A stretch of DNA of 64,000 nucleotides. Origin: Clostridia bacterium. Its GTDB lineage: Bacteria; Bacillota; Clostridia; Oscillospirales; QAKW01. This document shows positions 25,726-35,837 of this stretch, piece by piece. Positions within the stretch are counted from its first letter, which is position 1. Each line of letters begins with the position of its first letter. Under the pieces are notes generated by a model. The model was not told where the DNA came from. It was given only the letters and a program-made list of their open reading frames with translations, and did no database searches. The DNA is taken from positions 1,931 to 65,930 of the forward strand of contig JAFUNM010000046.1 in NCBI GenBank assembly GCA_017482195.1. Reading direction: 5' to 3'. The translations under genes and the position numbers were made by a program.

Positions 25726-26514
25726 TTGCGATTTCATATATTAGGCGGCGATGTACGTCAACGGCATTTAACACAATACATAGCCGAAAAAGGATTCGAA
25801 GTTACTTCCTCCTATCTGGGGGAAGAGAACATCCCCGATTGGGAGGCGGATGTCCTGATCCTGCCGCTGCCCGTCAGCCGGGATGGAGATTGGCTCAACA
25901 CTCCCCTTTCCAAAAAAAGGATTCCCTTAGAGGAGATCAAAGACCGCTATCCAAGCGGGCAGATCTTCGGCGGGATGCTGCCCCGAGGCTTTCGCGGCAC
26001 CGATTATTTTGCCGCCGAGGAGGTAACGGTGGCCAATGTGGTGCCCACGGTGGAAGGTGCCCTTGCCCTCGCCATTGCCAATACGTCCTTTACCTTAGCA
26101 GGGGAACCGGTTTTGGTGCTGGGAGCAGGAAGGATCGGGCAGCTTTTAACCCTCCGGCTGATCGCTTTGGGTGCCAAGGTAACGGTGGCGGCAAGGCGAG
26201 CGCAATCACTGGCACTTTGCCGGACTTACGGAGCCGAGGGACGATATTATGAGGATCTTCCTCTCTCCCGGTTTCGGCTGATCTTCAACACCGTACCGAA
26301 CACCGTTTTAGATGAAGAGCGGCTGAAAAGACTGCCGGGCGGCGCCTTGCTGATGGAGCTGGCCTCAGCGCCCGGCGGATTTGATCCTACTCTGGCCGTA
26401 AGTCTGGGACTGGGTGTTCTAAACGCTCAGGGACTGCCCGGAAAATATGCCCCTGAAACAGCCGCAAAGATCATCGGTGACTACATTTTAAAGGAGATGG
26501 ATCCCATTGAGTAA
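25726..26514 (+). CDS. dpaA: dipicolinate synthase subunit A
   Basis: TTG 25726 follows AGAGGTGA; the ORF-track start at 25630 would run through the RHH gene and terminator. The Rossmann motif VLVLGAGRIGQ is present and the sequence is SpoVFA-like. It is translationally coupled to dpaB. Confidence 0.85.
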   Translation: MRFHILGGDVRQRHLTQYIAEKGFEVTSSYLGEENIPDWEADVLILPLPVSRDGDWLNTPLSKKRIPLEEIKDRYPSGQIFGGMLPRGFRGTDYFAAEEVTVANVVPTVEGALALAIANTSFTLAGEPVLVLGAGRIGQLLTLRLIALGAKVTVAARRAQSLALCRTYGAEGRYYEDLPLSRFRLIFNTVPNTVLDEERLKRLPGGALLMELASAPGGFDPTLAVSLGLGVLNAQGLPGKYAPETAAKIIGDYILKEMDPIE

Positions 26515-27076
26515 AACCCCCATCGGTATCGCCCTGACCGGATCCTTCTGCACCTTTGATACGGTGCTGAAGGCTCTCGCACCTTTAACGGAAGTCTATG
26601 AGCTTTATCCCATTATGTCACCCACCAGTTATGAGAGTGACACCCGATTCGGCACTGCTGCTGATTTTCGTCGGCGGCTCACGGAATTATGCGGCCGGGA
26701 GATCTGGCACACCATTCCGGAGGTGGAACCCATCGGCCCCAAGAAAATCATTGAGGCTCTTCTGATCGCTCCCTGCACCGCCAACACCTTAGCAAAGTTG
26801 GCTTTAGGAGTAGCGGATACAGCGGTGACCATGGCAGCAAAATCCACGCTGCGGAATGAACGGCCGGTGATCCTTGCCCTTTCCACCAACGATGCCCTTT
26901 CGGGTGCGGCCAAGAACATCGGCGTACTGCAAGCCATGCGGAACTACTATTTTGTGCCTTACGGGCAGGATAATGCCCAGGAAAAGCCCCGCTCCTGCGT
27001 AGCGCATTTCGATCTGCTTTTACCGACAGTGGAAGCCGCCCTCAAAAGCGAGCAATTACAGCCCATACTGCAATAG
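26507..27076 (+). CDS. dpaB: dipicolinate synthase subunit B (flavoprotein)
   Basis: The N-terminus IGIALTGSFCTF is flavoprotein-like. The protein is 189 aa, and its start overlaps the dpaA end. Confidence 0.85.
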   Translation: MSKTPIGIALTGSFCTFDTVLKALAPLTEVYELYPIMSPTSYESDTRFGTAADFRRRLTELCGREIWHTIPEVEPIGPKKIIEALLIAPCTANTLAKLALGVADTAVTMAAKSTLRNERPVILALSTNDALSGAAKNIGVLQAMRNYYFVPYGQDNAQEKPRSCVAHFDLLLPTVEAALKSEQLQPILQ

Positions 27077-27116
27077 AAAAACCACCTGCAAGGGCAACCC
27101 TTGCAGGTGGTTTTTA
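27077..27116. terminator. bidirectional intrinsic terminator
   Basis: Hairpin CCACCTGCAAGGG-caa-CCCTTGCAGGTGG is flanked by an A-run and a T-run. Confidence 0.85.
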
Positions 27117-27674
27117 TCATTCCTCCGTACTTTTTCGGAACAGTTCCTCATCCAATACGATCTCCATGATCTTTTGATAATAGCCGGCGGAATTTTCTTT
27201 GAACCGCTCTGCCACATAATAGGCATCCTTTCGATCCGGAACCAGTAACTGATAGGAGAGCATCGTCTCACCGCCCTCACGGATGGTGCAGGTAACAGAA
27301 AAGCCGCTTTCGGAGGGTTCGATCTCCGTAAAAATCTGGTCATCCTCCTGCTTTTGCCTTAGATTGGCTTTCAACGCAGCCAAAGTAGTGCTCTTCACAT
27401 TATGGGGCAGGCGGCGCTCATATTCCAGTTCCACCTCCAACCCCTTTTTGGTGATACGGTAGCTGCTCATCTCCTCCAGAGAGGCAATATCCATCATGCC
27501 ATCCATCAGCAACTGCTCGGCCGCCTGAGCATAATCGAAATATTCCACCAATCCGTCTGCCATCAAAACATCGGTCAACTGGCTGTCCTTCAGCACGCAG
27601 TTGGCCTCCTTCAACAGGTAGAGGATCAATGCTTTTACATCGGGAATTTCATGTAATCCGCCTAATTCGGGCAT
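27117..27674 (-). CDS. hypothetical protein, possibly DUF4364 (PadR-like winged-helix N-terminus)
   Basis: This 185-aa ORF has a good RBS (GGAGAATAACG-ATG). The family assignment is from memory of the IPDVKALILYLL...L..VL...GLV pattern and is unverified. Confidence 0.45.
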   Translation of the reverse strand: MPELGGLHEIPDVKALILYLLKEANCVLKDSQLTDVLMADGLVEYFDYAQAAEQLLMDGMMDIASLEEMSSYRITKKGLEVELEYERRLPHNVKSTTLAALKANLRQKQEDDQIFTEIEPSESGFSVTCTIREGGETMLSYQLLVPDRKDAYYVAERFKENSAGYYQKIMEIVLDEELFRKSTEE

Positions 27675-27792
27675 CGTTATTCTCCTTTGATTATTTTCAT
27701 ATCAATTATAGCACTACTTCTCAAACAAAGCAAGGGTTGGACTCTTGCAAACTGAACATTTTTCAAGTATAATAAAAAAGAGGTGAAGTAAA

Positions 27793-28392
27793 ATGAAAAC
27801 ATTGACCGTACCTTACGGAGCCTTACCGTGCAAGCCGGTAGGCTATATCGACAACTATGCCTGGGATACCGCCGGCTACTGTCCAAAAGGGGAGCTTTAT
27901 CTCTCCCATGATGAAAAGTACTTATATATAAAACTCTTTGCGCCCATCACAGAAGCGCTAACCATCCTGACCACCGCGGACGGCGGCCCGGTCTGGGAAG
28001 ACAACTGCCTGGAATTCTTCTTCGCCCCCTTCGGCAAAGAGGCAGATTATCTTAATATTGAATGTAACCCCGCAGCAGCCATGGTCATCGGAAAGGGCAA
28101 CGGCCGCCATGACCGCCAGTCGGTGGTAGAGACTTTAAAGCCGCAGATGAATGTTGCGACCCGCATCCTCCCCGGCAAGGGATGGGAAGCCTCCTATGCC
28201 ATTCCCTTTGCGGCCATCAGCGCTCTTTATGGGAAGGACTATACCCCTAAGAAGGGAGACACCTTTGATTTCAATGCCTATCTTTGCGGAGAAAAGACTC
28301 CCGTCATGCATTTCGGCAGCTGGAGTCCTATCGAGACGGAATGTCCCGATTTTCACCGTCCGGAATTCTTTGGAACGGGAGAATTGGGTTGA
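27793..28392 (+). CDS. carbohydrate-binding family 9-like (DOMON-like) protein
   Basis: VWEDNCLEFFFAPFG...YLNIECNPAAA...F.FNAY is typical of CBM9-like domains. No signal peptide is present. Confidence 0.5.
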   Translation: MKTLTVPYGALPCKPVGYIDNYAWDTAGYCPKGELYLSHDEKYLYIKLFAPITEALTILTTADGGPVWEDNCLEFFFAPFGKEADYLNIECNPAAAMVIGKGNGRHDRQSVVETLKPQMNVATRILPGKGWEASYAIPFAAISALYGKDYTPKKGDTFDFNAYLCGEKTPVMHFGSWSPIETECPDFHRPEFFGTGELG

Positions 28393-28709
28393 TGGGATTC
28401 TTTAAAAAGAAAAAAGAGGGCGATGAAAATCTCACCCTTTTAAAAAAGCTGGATAAGCGCACCCTCTCCTCCATCGCCAAGCGGGATCCCGGCACCTATC
28501 AGGAGCGGATCATCGGGCGGAGCGGAGCCTTCAGCATTGCAGACGACACCCTCATCGTCTGCTGCAATAACGAGATCGTTTTCCGCCATCCTTTAAAGGA
28601 TATTAAAGCAGCGGAGCTGATGAACCTTTCGGGGATCCTCCTAAGCGTTGGAAACGAGCGTTACATTGCCTATTATACCGATGGGAACATCAGAAAAGGA
28701 AGTAAATAA
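28392..28709 (+). CDS. hypothetical protein (105 aa)
   Basis: The ATG at 28392 overlaps the previous stop (ATGA). No recognisable motif was found. Confidence 0.4.
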   Translation: MGFFKKKKEGDENLTLLKKLDKRTLSSIAKRDPGTYQERIIGRSGAFSIADDTLIVCCNNEIVFRHPLKDIKAAELMNLSGILLSVGNERYIAYYTDGNIRKGSK

Positions 28710-28710
28710 T

Positions 28711-29145
28711 ATGAAGAAGTTCATCTCTGTACTTTTAGTACTTACTCTTTGTCTCTGCTTAGGCGGATGCAAGGAAGAAACCCCGGCAGAGCCCTTTGCC
28801 ATTGAAAGCTATGAATGGGAATTCTCCATGATCCAGGATGAGACCGGTACGGTGGTCTACTGCTCCAAAAAAAATGCCGCCCTTTATCCCGATGCCCAGA
28901 TACTGGAACTCGGCTGTGACATTAAAAACAACGCGATTTTACTGGAAGCACCTGCCACTGATCAAAACTGGTCCTTTGCTTATGAAGTATATATGGACGG
29001 CCCTTCCGGAACCATCTACAATGTAACCGTTCCCGACACGGTGGCGCTGGCCTCGGTCAATTTGACCGAATATGACGACGGCACCTCCGCATACACCCTG
29101 ACCCTGGCCGCCGATCGCTACGCCCTTTATTTTTACGAAAAATAA
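28711..29145 (+). CDS. lipoprotein, unknown function
   Basis: The start is MKKFISVLLVLTLCLCLGGC, with a lipobox LGGC. ATG 28711 is one nt after the previous stop. Confidence 0.6.
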   Translation: MKKFISVLLVLTLCLCLGGCKEETPAEPFAIESYEWEFSMIQDETGTVVYCSKKNAALYPDAQILELGCDIKNNAILLEAPATDQNWSFAYEVYMDGPSGTIYNVTVPDTVALASVNLTEYDDGTSAYTLTLAADRYALYFYEK

Positions 29146-29146
29146 A

Positions 29147-29180
29147 GAAAATCCCGAACCATACGGTTCGGGATTTTTAA
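29147..29180. terminator. bidirectional intrinsic terminator
   Basis: The hairpin is AAAATCCCGAACC-atac-GGTTCGGGATTTT. Confidence 0.85.
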
Positions 29181-29181
29181 A

Positions 29182-29859
29182 TTATAAAATCGCTTGGATC
29201 TCGGAAAGAGTATTGACCATATAGTCAGCCATCGCTGCTTTTTCGGCAGAAGCCTTTCCGTAATTAAACCAGCAGGTCTTAATACCGTAGGCAGCGGCAC
29301 CGGCGATATCCGCGGTCAGAGAATCGCCAATCATGATGATCTCCTCTTTTTCCACACCGGGCAATTCTTCCATGCAGGCATCAAAAAATTCCTTTTGCGG
29401 CTTGGAAAAGCCGATGGTCTCTGAGATAAAAAGTTTTTCAAAATAATCAAGAAGCCCGGCATTGAACAAACGGCTGGTCTGCTGAGAATAGGGAGCGTTG
29501 CTGGCAACACACAAGGTATATTTCGATGCCAGATACTCCAACAGTTCCTTGGCGCCCTCCACGGTGGCGCTTCCTTGCGCCAGATTCTTTAAAAAACCTT
29601 GCTCAAATTCCACACCGTCTCGTTCGATTCCGACGGCGGCAAAGATCTTACCCCAGCGGATCTGATGTAACTCATCCACCGTCAAAATACCTTTTTCAAT
29701 ATCCAACCAGAGGCCGTTATTGATCTCGGTAAACACTTCGAAAATATCGGCAGGAAACGAAATGCCCAGTTCCTCAGCAGTGAGATACATTGCCTGACGG
29801 GCGCACTCATGGAAGTCCATCAAGGTATTATCCACATCCAATAAAACGACCTTGATCAT
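29182..29859 (-). CDS. HAD-superfamily hydrolase (YjjG-like nucleotidase subfamily)
   Basis: HAD motif I is LLDVDNTL, motif II is VASNA and motif IV is MIGDS. An ATGA overlap joins it to the upstream TRAP gene. Confidence 0.75.
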   Translation of the reverse strand: MIKVVLLDVDNTLMDFHECARQAMYLTAEELGISFPADIFEVFTEINNGLWLDIEKGILTVDELHQIRWGKIFAAVGIERDGVEFEQGFLKNLAQGSATVEGAKELLEYLASKYTLCVASNAPYSQQTSRLFNAGLLDYFEKLFISETIGFSKPQKEFFDACMEELPGVEKEEIIMIGDSLTADIAGAAAYGIKTCWFNYGKASAEKAAMADYMVNTLSEIQAIL

Positions 29860-31814
29860 GCTTTTACGGTACTTCTCTTACGGGTGATCAGTTGGATCCC
29901 CACTACAACAGCGACCAGCCCCAGACCAATCAGATCGGTCACGATACCGGGATAGATCAGCAGCAGACCGCCGGCCACGCTGATGATGCGTTCATACCAG
30001 GTCATATGCCGCAGGAAATACCCCTCCAACGCCGCAGAAACAGCGAAGATACCAACAAAGGAAGTGATACAGATGGTCACAACCTCCCAAGCAGTGGTAT
30101 CGATAAACAGCATGGCGGGGTTCAACGCAAAGACATAGGGAACGATAAAGGCGCCGATCGCCAGTTTAGTGGCTGTAAACGCCGTTTTCATGGGGTTGGA
30201 CTGTGCGATGGCAGCGCCTGCATAAGCAGCCAATGCCACCGGCGGGGTGAGATCGGCAACAATGCCGAAATAGAACACAAAGAAATGGGCAGCCAGATCA
30301 GGTACACCCATCCGCACCAGGATCGGGGCGCAGGTAGCGGCCATGATGCAATAATTTGCAGTGGTAGGCACACCCATACCCAAAACAATGCAGCAGAGCA
30401 TGGTAAGGAACAGGGCAATGATCAGATGATTGCCTGCCAGAGCCACAATGCCAGTGAGGATCTGGTTGGCAAGACCGGTCATCGTGATGGTACCGGCAAC
30501 GATACCGGCTACACCGCAAGCTACCGCAACGGTGATCATACCCTGAGCGCCGGCGGCAAGGGATTCAAAGATCCGCTTCGGTGTGATGCGGTTCTCCTTA
30601 TTGAACAAGCTGACCAGGATCACTGCCACAATAGAGATGGCGGCAGAATACTGGATGGTAAAGGTATTACTGCTGACCAGGTAGATCAGGAGCAACAGGG
30701 GAATCAGCAAATAGACCTTTTTCAAGAGTGGCTTCACCTTGGGAAGCTCCTCTTTGGTAAGACCGCGCAGCCCCTCTTTCTTTGCCTCTAAGTGAACGGA
30801 GATAAAGATACCTGCAAAATAGAGCACTGCAGGCAGGATGGCGCTGACGATGACCGCACTATAGGGCAATCCTAAGTTGGCTGCCATCAAAAAGGCGGCG
30901 GCACCCATGATGGGGGGCATGATCTGACCGCCGGTAGAGGCAGAAGCCTCGGCAGCTGCGGCAAATTCAGGCTTATAGCCGGTGCGTTTCATCAGAGGGA
31001 TGGTAACGGAGCCGGAACCGACGGTATTACCCACCGAAGAACCGGAAACCATACCCTCCAGGGCACTTGCCACAACAGCGACCTTAGCAGGACCGCCGGA
31101 GAAACCACCCACAAAAGCGTTAGCGATCTGGATAAAGAAATCAGCAATACCGCTGCGCTCCAGAAAGGCGCCGAAGATGATAAAGACAACAATAAACTTC
31201 GAGCAGACATTAACGGGGGTGGAGAAAATACCCTCCACAGAATAGAACAGCTGAGAAACCAGCAGATTCAGTCTGCCGAAAAACTGAGGATTGGTGAGAC
31301 CCACCGTTAGAGCATAAACCACTAAGACACCGGCAACGATCAAAATCGGCAAACCCACACAGCGGCGGCAAAGCTCCACTAAGGTGAGGATTCCGATGAT
31401 ACCGATGACGATCTGGTAGACCTCTAAACGCGCACCCTGCTGGATGATATTCATAGCATTGAACGTGAAATACAGGAAAGAAGCCGTTCCAACCACCATG
31501 ATCAAAATATCATACCAGGGCATATGATTGGTCTTCTGGACTCCCTTTTTTGCAGGGAACACCAAAAAACCGATGAAAACGATGAACGCCATAAAGGATG
31601 TCAGACGGATCTGATCCAGCCAGTTAGCGACCAAGGTTACATATAAACAAAACAGAGAGAACACAGCCAACACGCAGTTTACAAAGATCTTGGGCTTGCC
31701 CTCCCAGACACGGGTATTGGACTCCCGGTCAAATTTTTTCATAACAGAATCCAGGTCCATGGGCTCTTGTTCGGCAGGATTCTTCTTTTTCTTGAACAAA
31801 TTGAATAAAGCCAA
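29856..31814 (-). CDS. TRAP transporter fused permease (TAXI type, DctQ/DctM-like fusion)
   Basis: This 652-aa polytopic protein lies downstream of a TAXI solute receptor. The TTG start follows GGAGG. Confidence 0.85.
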   Translation of the reverse strand: MALFNLFKKKKNPAEQEPMDLDSVMKKFDRESNTRVWEGKPKIFVNCVLAVFSLFCLYVTLVANWLDQIRLTSFMAFIVFIGFLVFPAKKGVQKTNHMPWYDILIMVVGTASFLYFTFNAMNIIQQGARLEVYQIVIGIIGILTLVELCRRCVGLPILIVAGVLVVYALTVGLTNPQFFGRLNLLVSQLFYSVEGIFSTPVNVCSKFIVVFIIFGAFLERSGIADFFIQIANAFVGGFSGGPAKVAVVASALEGMVSGSSVGNTVGSGSVTIPLMKRTGYKPEFAAAAEASASTGGQIMPPIMGAAAFLMAANLGLPYSAVIVSAILPAVLYFAGIFISVHLEAKKEGLRGLTKEELPKVKPLLKKVYLLIPLLLLIYLVSSNTFTIQYSAAISIVAVILVSLFNKENRITPKRIFESLAAGAQGMITVAVACGVAGIVAGTITMTGLANQILTGIVALAGNHLIIALFLTMLCCIVLGMGVPTTANYCIMAATCAPILVRMGVPDLAAHFFVFYFGIVADLTPPVALAAYAGAAIAQSNPMKTAFTATKLAIGAFIVPYVFALNPAMLFIDTTAWEVVTICITSFVGIFAVSAALEGYFLRHMTWYERIISVAGGLLLIYPGIVTDLIGLGLVAVVVGIQLITRKRSTVKA

Positions 31815-31903
31815 ATGAGTACCTCCTTAGAATTGATGATTTATAAATGGAATGGCTGCAGTGAAACCTCACCGCAGCCAAAAGAGTATTCCTCAATGGC
31901 GAA

Positions 31904-32860
31904 TTACTCGACGGGAACCTCTACACCCTTCTCAGCAAAGTACTTGGCAGCACCTGCATGGAAAGGAGCGGCCATACCGCCGGTGGCGTTCTCAACGGAG
32001 AGTTCTGCGCCCTTGGCATGCTCCTTAGTGATGGCAGCCGCATTATCGAAGATGGCAGCGGTCAGCGCATAAACATCATCCTCGGCAGCATTGACATCCA
32101 CAATCAGGGTAGCCTTTACGGTGATGGTGGTAATATCCTCGGTCTGCCCGTTATAGGTGCCGGCGGGGATGGTATAAGCCGTATAATAAGAGCCTTCTTT
32201 ATTGATCAAGCCGTCTGCCAGAGCACCGTCGATGGGCAGCAGATGGGCATCGGGATTGGTGGTGCACAGCTCGGTGATGGCGGGAGTGGGAGCGCCGGCT
32301 ACGATGAAAGCAGCGTCGATCTTACCATCCTTCAAAGCGTCTGCGCTATCGGCAAAGGACTGATACTGAGCGTTGATATCCTGCTCAGTGAGACCGGCAG
32401 CACCCAATACGTCGATAGCGTTGAAATAGACGCCGGAGTTGGGAGCGCCGATGGAAACGTTCTTACCCTTCAGATCGGCAACGGTCTTGATATCGGCATC
32501 CATGGTCAGCAGCTGAACCGCCTCGGCATACAGACCGGCAACAACGCGGAAAGAATCCACCTTACCGTCTTCAGCAAAGGTGCCGGTGCCTTCCCAGGCA
32601 TACGCCAGAACATCAGACTGAACAGTAGCCAGCTGATAGTTCCCTACATCGATACCCTGGATATTGGCCTTGGAGCCCTCGGTAGCAACAGCGGTCACAT
32701 CAATGCCAGCGTTGTTCTTAATATACTGGCCCAGCACACTGCCGTAGCCATAATAAGTACCGGAAGTACCGCCGGTACCCATGGTCATTGCATTGCCGCC
32801 GCAGGAAACCAAAGACAGAGCAAGAATCAATACCATTACTATTGCAAGAAATCTTTTCAT
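31904..32860 (-). CDS. TAXI-family TRAP transporter solute-binding lipoprotein
   Basis: The lipoprotein signal is MKRFLAIVMVLILALSLVSCGG. TAXI-type sequence is present (TGGTSGTYYGYG...ATVQSD...PFHAGAAKYFAE). Confidence 0.85.
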   Translation of the reverse strand: MKRFLAIVMVLILALSLVSCGGNAMTMGTGGTSGTYYGYGSVLGQYIKNNAGIDVTAVATEGSKANIQGIDVGNYQLATVQSDVLAYAWEGTGTFAEDGKVDSFRVVAGLYAEAVQLLTMDADIKTVADLKGKNVSIGAPNSGVYFNAIDVLGAAGLTEQDINAQYQSFADSADALKDGKIDAAFIVAGAPTPAITELCTTNPDAHLLPIDGALADGLINKEGSYYTAYTIPAGTYNGQTEDITTITVKATLIVDVNAAEDDVYALTAAIFDNAAAITKEHAKGAELSVENATGGMAAPFHAGAAKYFAEKGVEVPVE

Positions 32861-32971
32861 GTTTCTTTCCTCCTAAAAATACTAATAGAAATATTATATA
32901 ATAAAAAATAGGTTTTGGCAAGAAAAAATTGTCAACAAAAAAGACTGCCCATGGGCAGTCTTTTCAATTGC

Positions 32972-33196
32972 TTATTCAGCAGCAGGCGCCAGATCCGCAT
33001 CGCTCAGACAGAGCATCAAAATGCCGCCGATCAGGTTACAGAACAGCAAGGTAACGATGGCGATGCCGGTCAGCTCGGACTTTTTAGTCGCCTTCTTCAG
33101 CTTATTGAGTGCAATAAAGCCAACGATCGGGGGAATAATTCCGATAAAACCCACGACAATACCGATGATAATAAATACTTTTGCTGCAGTTTTCAT
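32972..33196 (-). CDS. small membrane protein (74 aa)
   Basis: ATG 33196 follows GGAGGAAAAA. There are two hydrophobic helices. Terminator AAGACTGCCC-at-GGGCAGTCTT (32941-32962) lies downstream. Confidence 0.55.
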   Translation of the reverse strand: MKTAAKVFIIIGIVVGFIGIIPPIVGFIALNKLKKATKKSELTGIAIVTLLFCNLIGGILMLCLSDADLAPAAE

Positions 33197-33292
33197 AATT
33201 TTTCCTCCAAAATGCAAATTCTTTTAGTGTATTTACACCATCGACATCATAACACATCTTTTGACAGTTGTCAATTAGAATCATTTAAAATA

Positions 33293-33321
33293 TTGACATT
33301 GATTTTCTGTTCTTCTATAAT
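33293..33321 (+). promoter_or_regulatory. sigma-A type promoter
   Basis: TTGACA is at 33293-33298, followed by a 17-nt spacer and TATAAT at 33316-33321. Palindrome TTGACAgttgTCAA lies upstream at 33261-33274. Confidence 0.6.
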
Positions 33322-33352
33322 ATAGGTAGGTCTACAAAAGGAGTTTTCGGCC

Positions 33353-34210
33353 ATGAAAATCTACGATATGCACATACATATCAATCATACTCAACCCAAT
33401 CAGGATGAGCTGCTCAAACACATGGAAGAAGCCGGAGTATATGGCGGCGGACTGATCTCTCCCTGCCCCGAAGAGGCAACGGCCTCTTTGTTAAAACAAC
33501 CCTATAAAGAACGGCTGAACACCGTATTGAATTGGACGAAAAATCAAGAGGAACGGCTGATCCCCATTCTTTGGGTACACCCTTATGAAAAGGATGCCTG
33601 CGAGATCGTAAAGGACGCAGCAGAGTCCGGCATCAAGGCCTTTAAGATCATCTGCGATACCTTTCCGGTCTATGATGAAGCCAATATGAAATTGTTGGCA
33701 GCCATTGAAGAAACCAACCTGCCTGTGCTTTTTCACACGGGCATTCTCTGGAGCGGAACCGACACCTCCCGCTACTGCCGTCCCGCCGATTGGGAGGCAC
33801 TTTTAAACCTCGATCACATCAAGTTTTCCATGGGGCATTGTTCCTGGCCCTGGCACGATGAATGTATCGCGGTTTACGGTAAGTTTCTGAATTACTATCT
33901 GACCCGTCCGTCGGCAGAAATGTTTTTTGATATCACGCCCGGCACCCCGCCCATTTACCGAAAGGATCTTCTGACCAAGCTGTTTACTATTGGGTACGAT
34001 GTAGAAAATAATATTATGTTCGGCACCGATTCCATCGCCGACGACTACAATCCCCATTGGGTTCGCAGTTGGATCGAGCGGGATAATGCTATTTATGACG
34101 AGCTGGACGTAAGTGAAGCCGTCCGCGAAAAAATTTACGAGAAAACCCTCATGCGGTTTCTACACAACGGTGCAGTAGAGCATGAACTGCTGCACATCAA
34201 CAAACGATGA
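33353..34210 (+). CDS. amidohydrolase-family (TIM-barrel metal-dependent hydrolase) protein
   Basis: The N-terminal DMHIHI metal-binding motif is present, with later His and Asp residues (GHCSWPWHDE, FGTDS). Confidence 0.6.
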   Translation: MKIYDMHIHINHTQPNQDELLKHMEEAGVYGGGLISPCPEEATASLLKQPYKERLNTVLNWTKNQEERLIPILWVHPYEKDACEIVKDAAESGIKAFKIICDTFPVYDEANMKLLAAIEETNLPVLFHTGILWSGTDTSRYCRPADWEALLNLDHIKFSMGHCSWPWHDECIAVYGKFLNYYLTRPSAEMFFDITPGTPPIYRKDLLTKLFTIGYDVENNIMFGTDSIADDYNPHWVRSWIERDNAIYDELDVSEAVREKIYEKTLMRFLHNGAVEHELLHINKR

Positions 34211-34995
34211 TGGATTTTTATATTCACGAGATTATTGAAGACCAACGGATCAAAGCCCTCCTTTTAAAGGACACCGAAGCGGCAAAAGAAGCCAAAAAGA
34301 TCGCCGACAAGTGCATCGCCACCGGCGAGGAGCCGAAATTGGAGGCAGGACTTCTTCCCATCTTTGTATTGGGCTATCTGGCAGACCATGCCCTCTCGGT
34401 CAATAACGCCCGGGGCATCGAAAAGGAAATTACCGTTGCCACCCTCAAGGACGTGAACCTCTGGATCAAAAATTATGAGATCCAGCACGGTACTTTGGGT
34501 CTGGCGGAATTTCATTGGCTGATGAAGCATTATACCGGGCGGCTCTTCCGCTTAGGGCGGCTGCAGTTTGTCTTTGAACCGACCCTTTTTGGCGCACCCG
34601 AAGGAGAGGTGGTCTTGGATACCCATATCCCCCAGGATGAGCCCCTGACCGAAGAGGCTTGTCTTGCATCCTTTGCCCGGGCGAAGGAATTTTTTTCCAA
34701 GCACTTCCCCGAAAAGGACCCGAAATATTTTACCTGCGGTTCCTGGCTGCTCAATCCCCAATTAGCGGAGCTTTTAGGAGAGGATGCCAACATTGTAAAG
34801 TTCATGCGCCTTTGGAGCAACCATCATACCGTTGCCACCAGCAGCAATCAAGCCATTCAGCGGGTCTTCGGTCTGGGCTTCAAAGCGGAAAACATGGCAA
34901 ACGCCCCTGAAAACACCAGCCTCCAACGCAAGCTCAAAGCCCATTTTTTAAATGGCGGTGACCTGAAAGGCACCGGCGGATATCGGAAAATATAA
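34207..34995 (+). CDS. hypothetical protein, tentatively acyltransferase-like (GNAT-like C-terminal domain)
   Basis: An ATGA overlap joins it to the amidohydrolase gene. The pattern HIP...L......S...A..FF...FP......CGSWLLNP.L is recalled from the NAT_N/GNAT_C family and is unverified. Confidence 0.4.
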   Translation: MMDFYIHEIIEDQRIKALLLKDTEAAKEAKKIADKCIATGEEPKLEAGLLPIFVLGYLADHALSVNNARGIEKEITVATLKDVNLWIKNYEIQHGTLGLAEFHWLMKHYTGRLFRLGRLQFVFEPTLFGAPEGEVVLDTHIPQDEPLTEEACLASFARAKEFFSKHFPEKDPKYFTCGSWLLNPQLAELLGEDANIVKFMRLWSNHHTVATSSNQAIQRVFGLGFKAENMANAPENTSLQRKLKAHFLNGGDLKGTGGYRKI

Positions 34996-35001
34996 TAAAA
35001 A

Positions 35002-35040
35002 AATCGCACTCAAGGGCAACCCAAGCGTGCGATTTTTATT
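35002..35040. terminator. bidirectional intrinsic terminator
   Basis: Hairpin AATCGCAC...GTGCGATT is followed by TTTTATTTTT. Confidence 0.7.
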
Positions 35041-35041
35041 T

Positions 35042-35764
35042 TTAGAATTCAACCGGTTCGGTCCCGGAGATCTCTCGGTAAAAGGCGGCGGTAGCAGTTT
35101 GCATATAAGGGGTCAGCCAAAGATTGCCGATACCAAACGTAAGAGAACTGAGGATCTGCCAGCCGATAAAACTGAACTGCAGGCAAAACAGCCGCCAGCG
35201 GTTGCCCCGCATCATCTCATTGGAGCGGGTGAGGGCTTCATCCGCGCTCATCTCCGGGTGCTCCGCCAAAATATAATCGGTCATGGCAAAGCTATAGGTA
35301 ACGATGATCCCTGGAACGATCAGCAGCAAAAAGCCAAGCAGGATATAAGCAGTCTCCAACAGTCGTGCTGCCGCCAGGCTCTTCCAATGGGAAAAATAAG
35401 AAAACAGCGTATTGATGCCGGACTCCTGCCCATCCACCAGATCCAGATTAAACTTGCCGTAACCCACCCTGATGATACCGCCCAGCAGGAATAAAGCGAT
35501 CCCCGCCGTCAGTGCGCAGATCAACGCTACCGCGCTCAAACCGAGGGCGGTTTGGGAAAGGATCAATGTCCGCCCGCCGGTAAGTGCTGTGACCAATTCC
35601 CTGAAGCTCGAAACATCGGAGTTTTCAATATGAACATTAAAGCCCAGACCTTCAATGTCGATCCCGCCCAATAAGGAAGCGATCAACCCCGCGATCACCG
35701 CGGTGGTCCATTTCCCTACCAATGCATCCCTTGCGATCCGCCGGAAATCTGCCGCAAATTTCAT
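35042..35764 (-). CDS. DUF975-family membrane protein
   Basis: The protein starts MKFAADFRRIARDALVGKWTTAVIAGLIASLL. ATG 35764 follows AAAAGGAGAA. Promoter TTGCAA (35818-35823), a 17-nt spacer and TATACT (35795-35800) lie upstream. The ORF-track extension to 35959 is not supported. Confidence 0.7.
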   Translation of the reverse strand: MKFAADFRRIARDALVGKWTTAVIAGLIASLLGGIDIEGLGFNVHIENSDVSSFRELVTALTGGRTLILSQTALGLSAVALICALTAGIALFLLGGIIRVGYGKFNLDLVDGQESGINTLFSYFSHWKSLAAARLLETAYILLGFLLLIVPGIIVTYSFAMTDYILAEHPEMSADEALTRSNEMMRGNRWRLFCLQFSFIGWQILSSLTFGIGNLWLTPYMQTATAAFYREISGTEPVEF

Positions 35765-35837
35765 GGTTGTTCTCCTTTTGATTTGGTTGGTTTCAGTATA
35801 GCATAGATTGATAAAGTTTGCAATAGAGGAAATGAAG

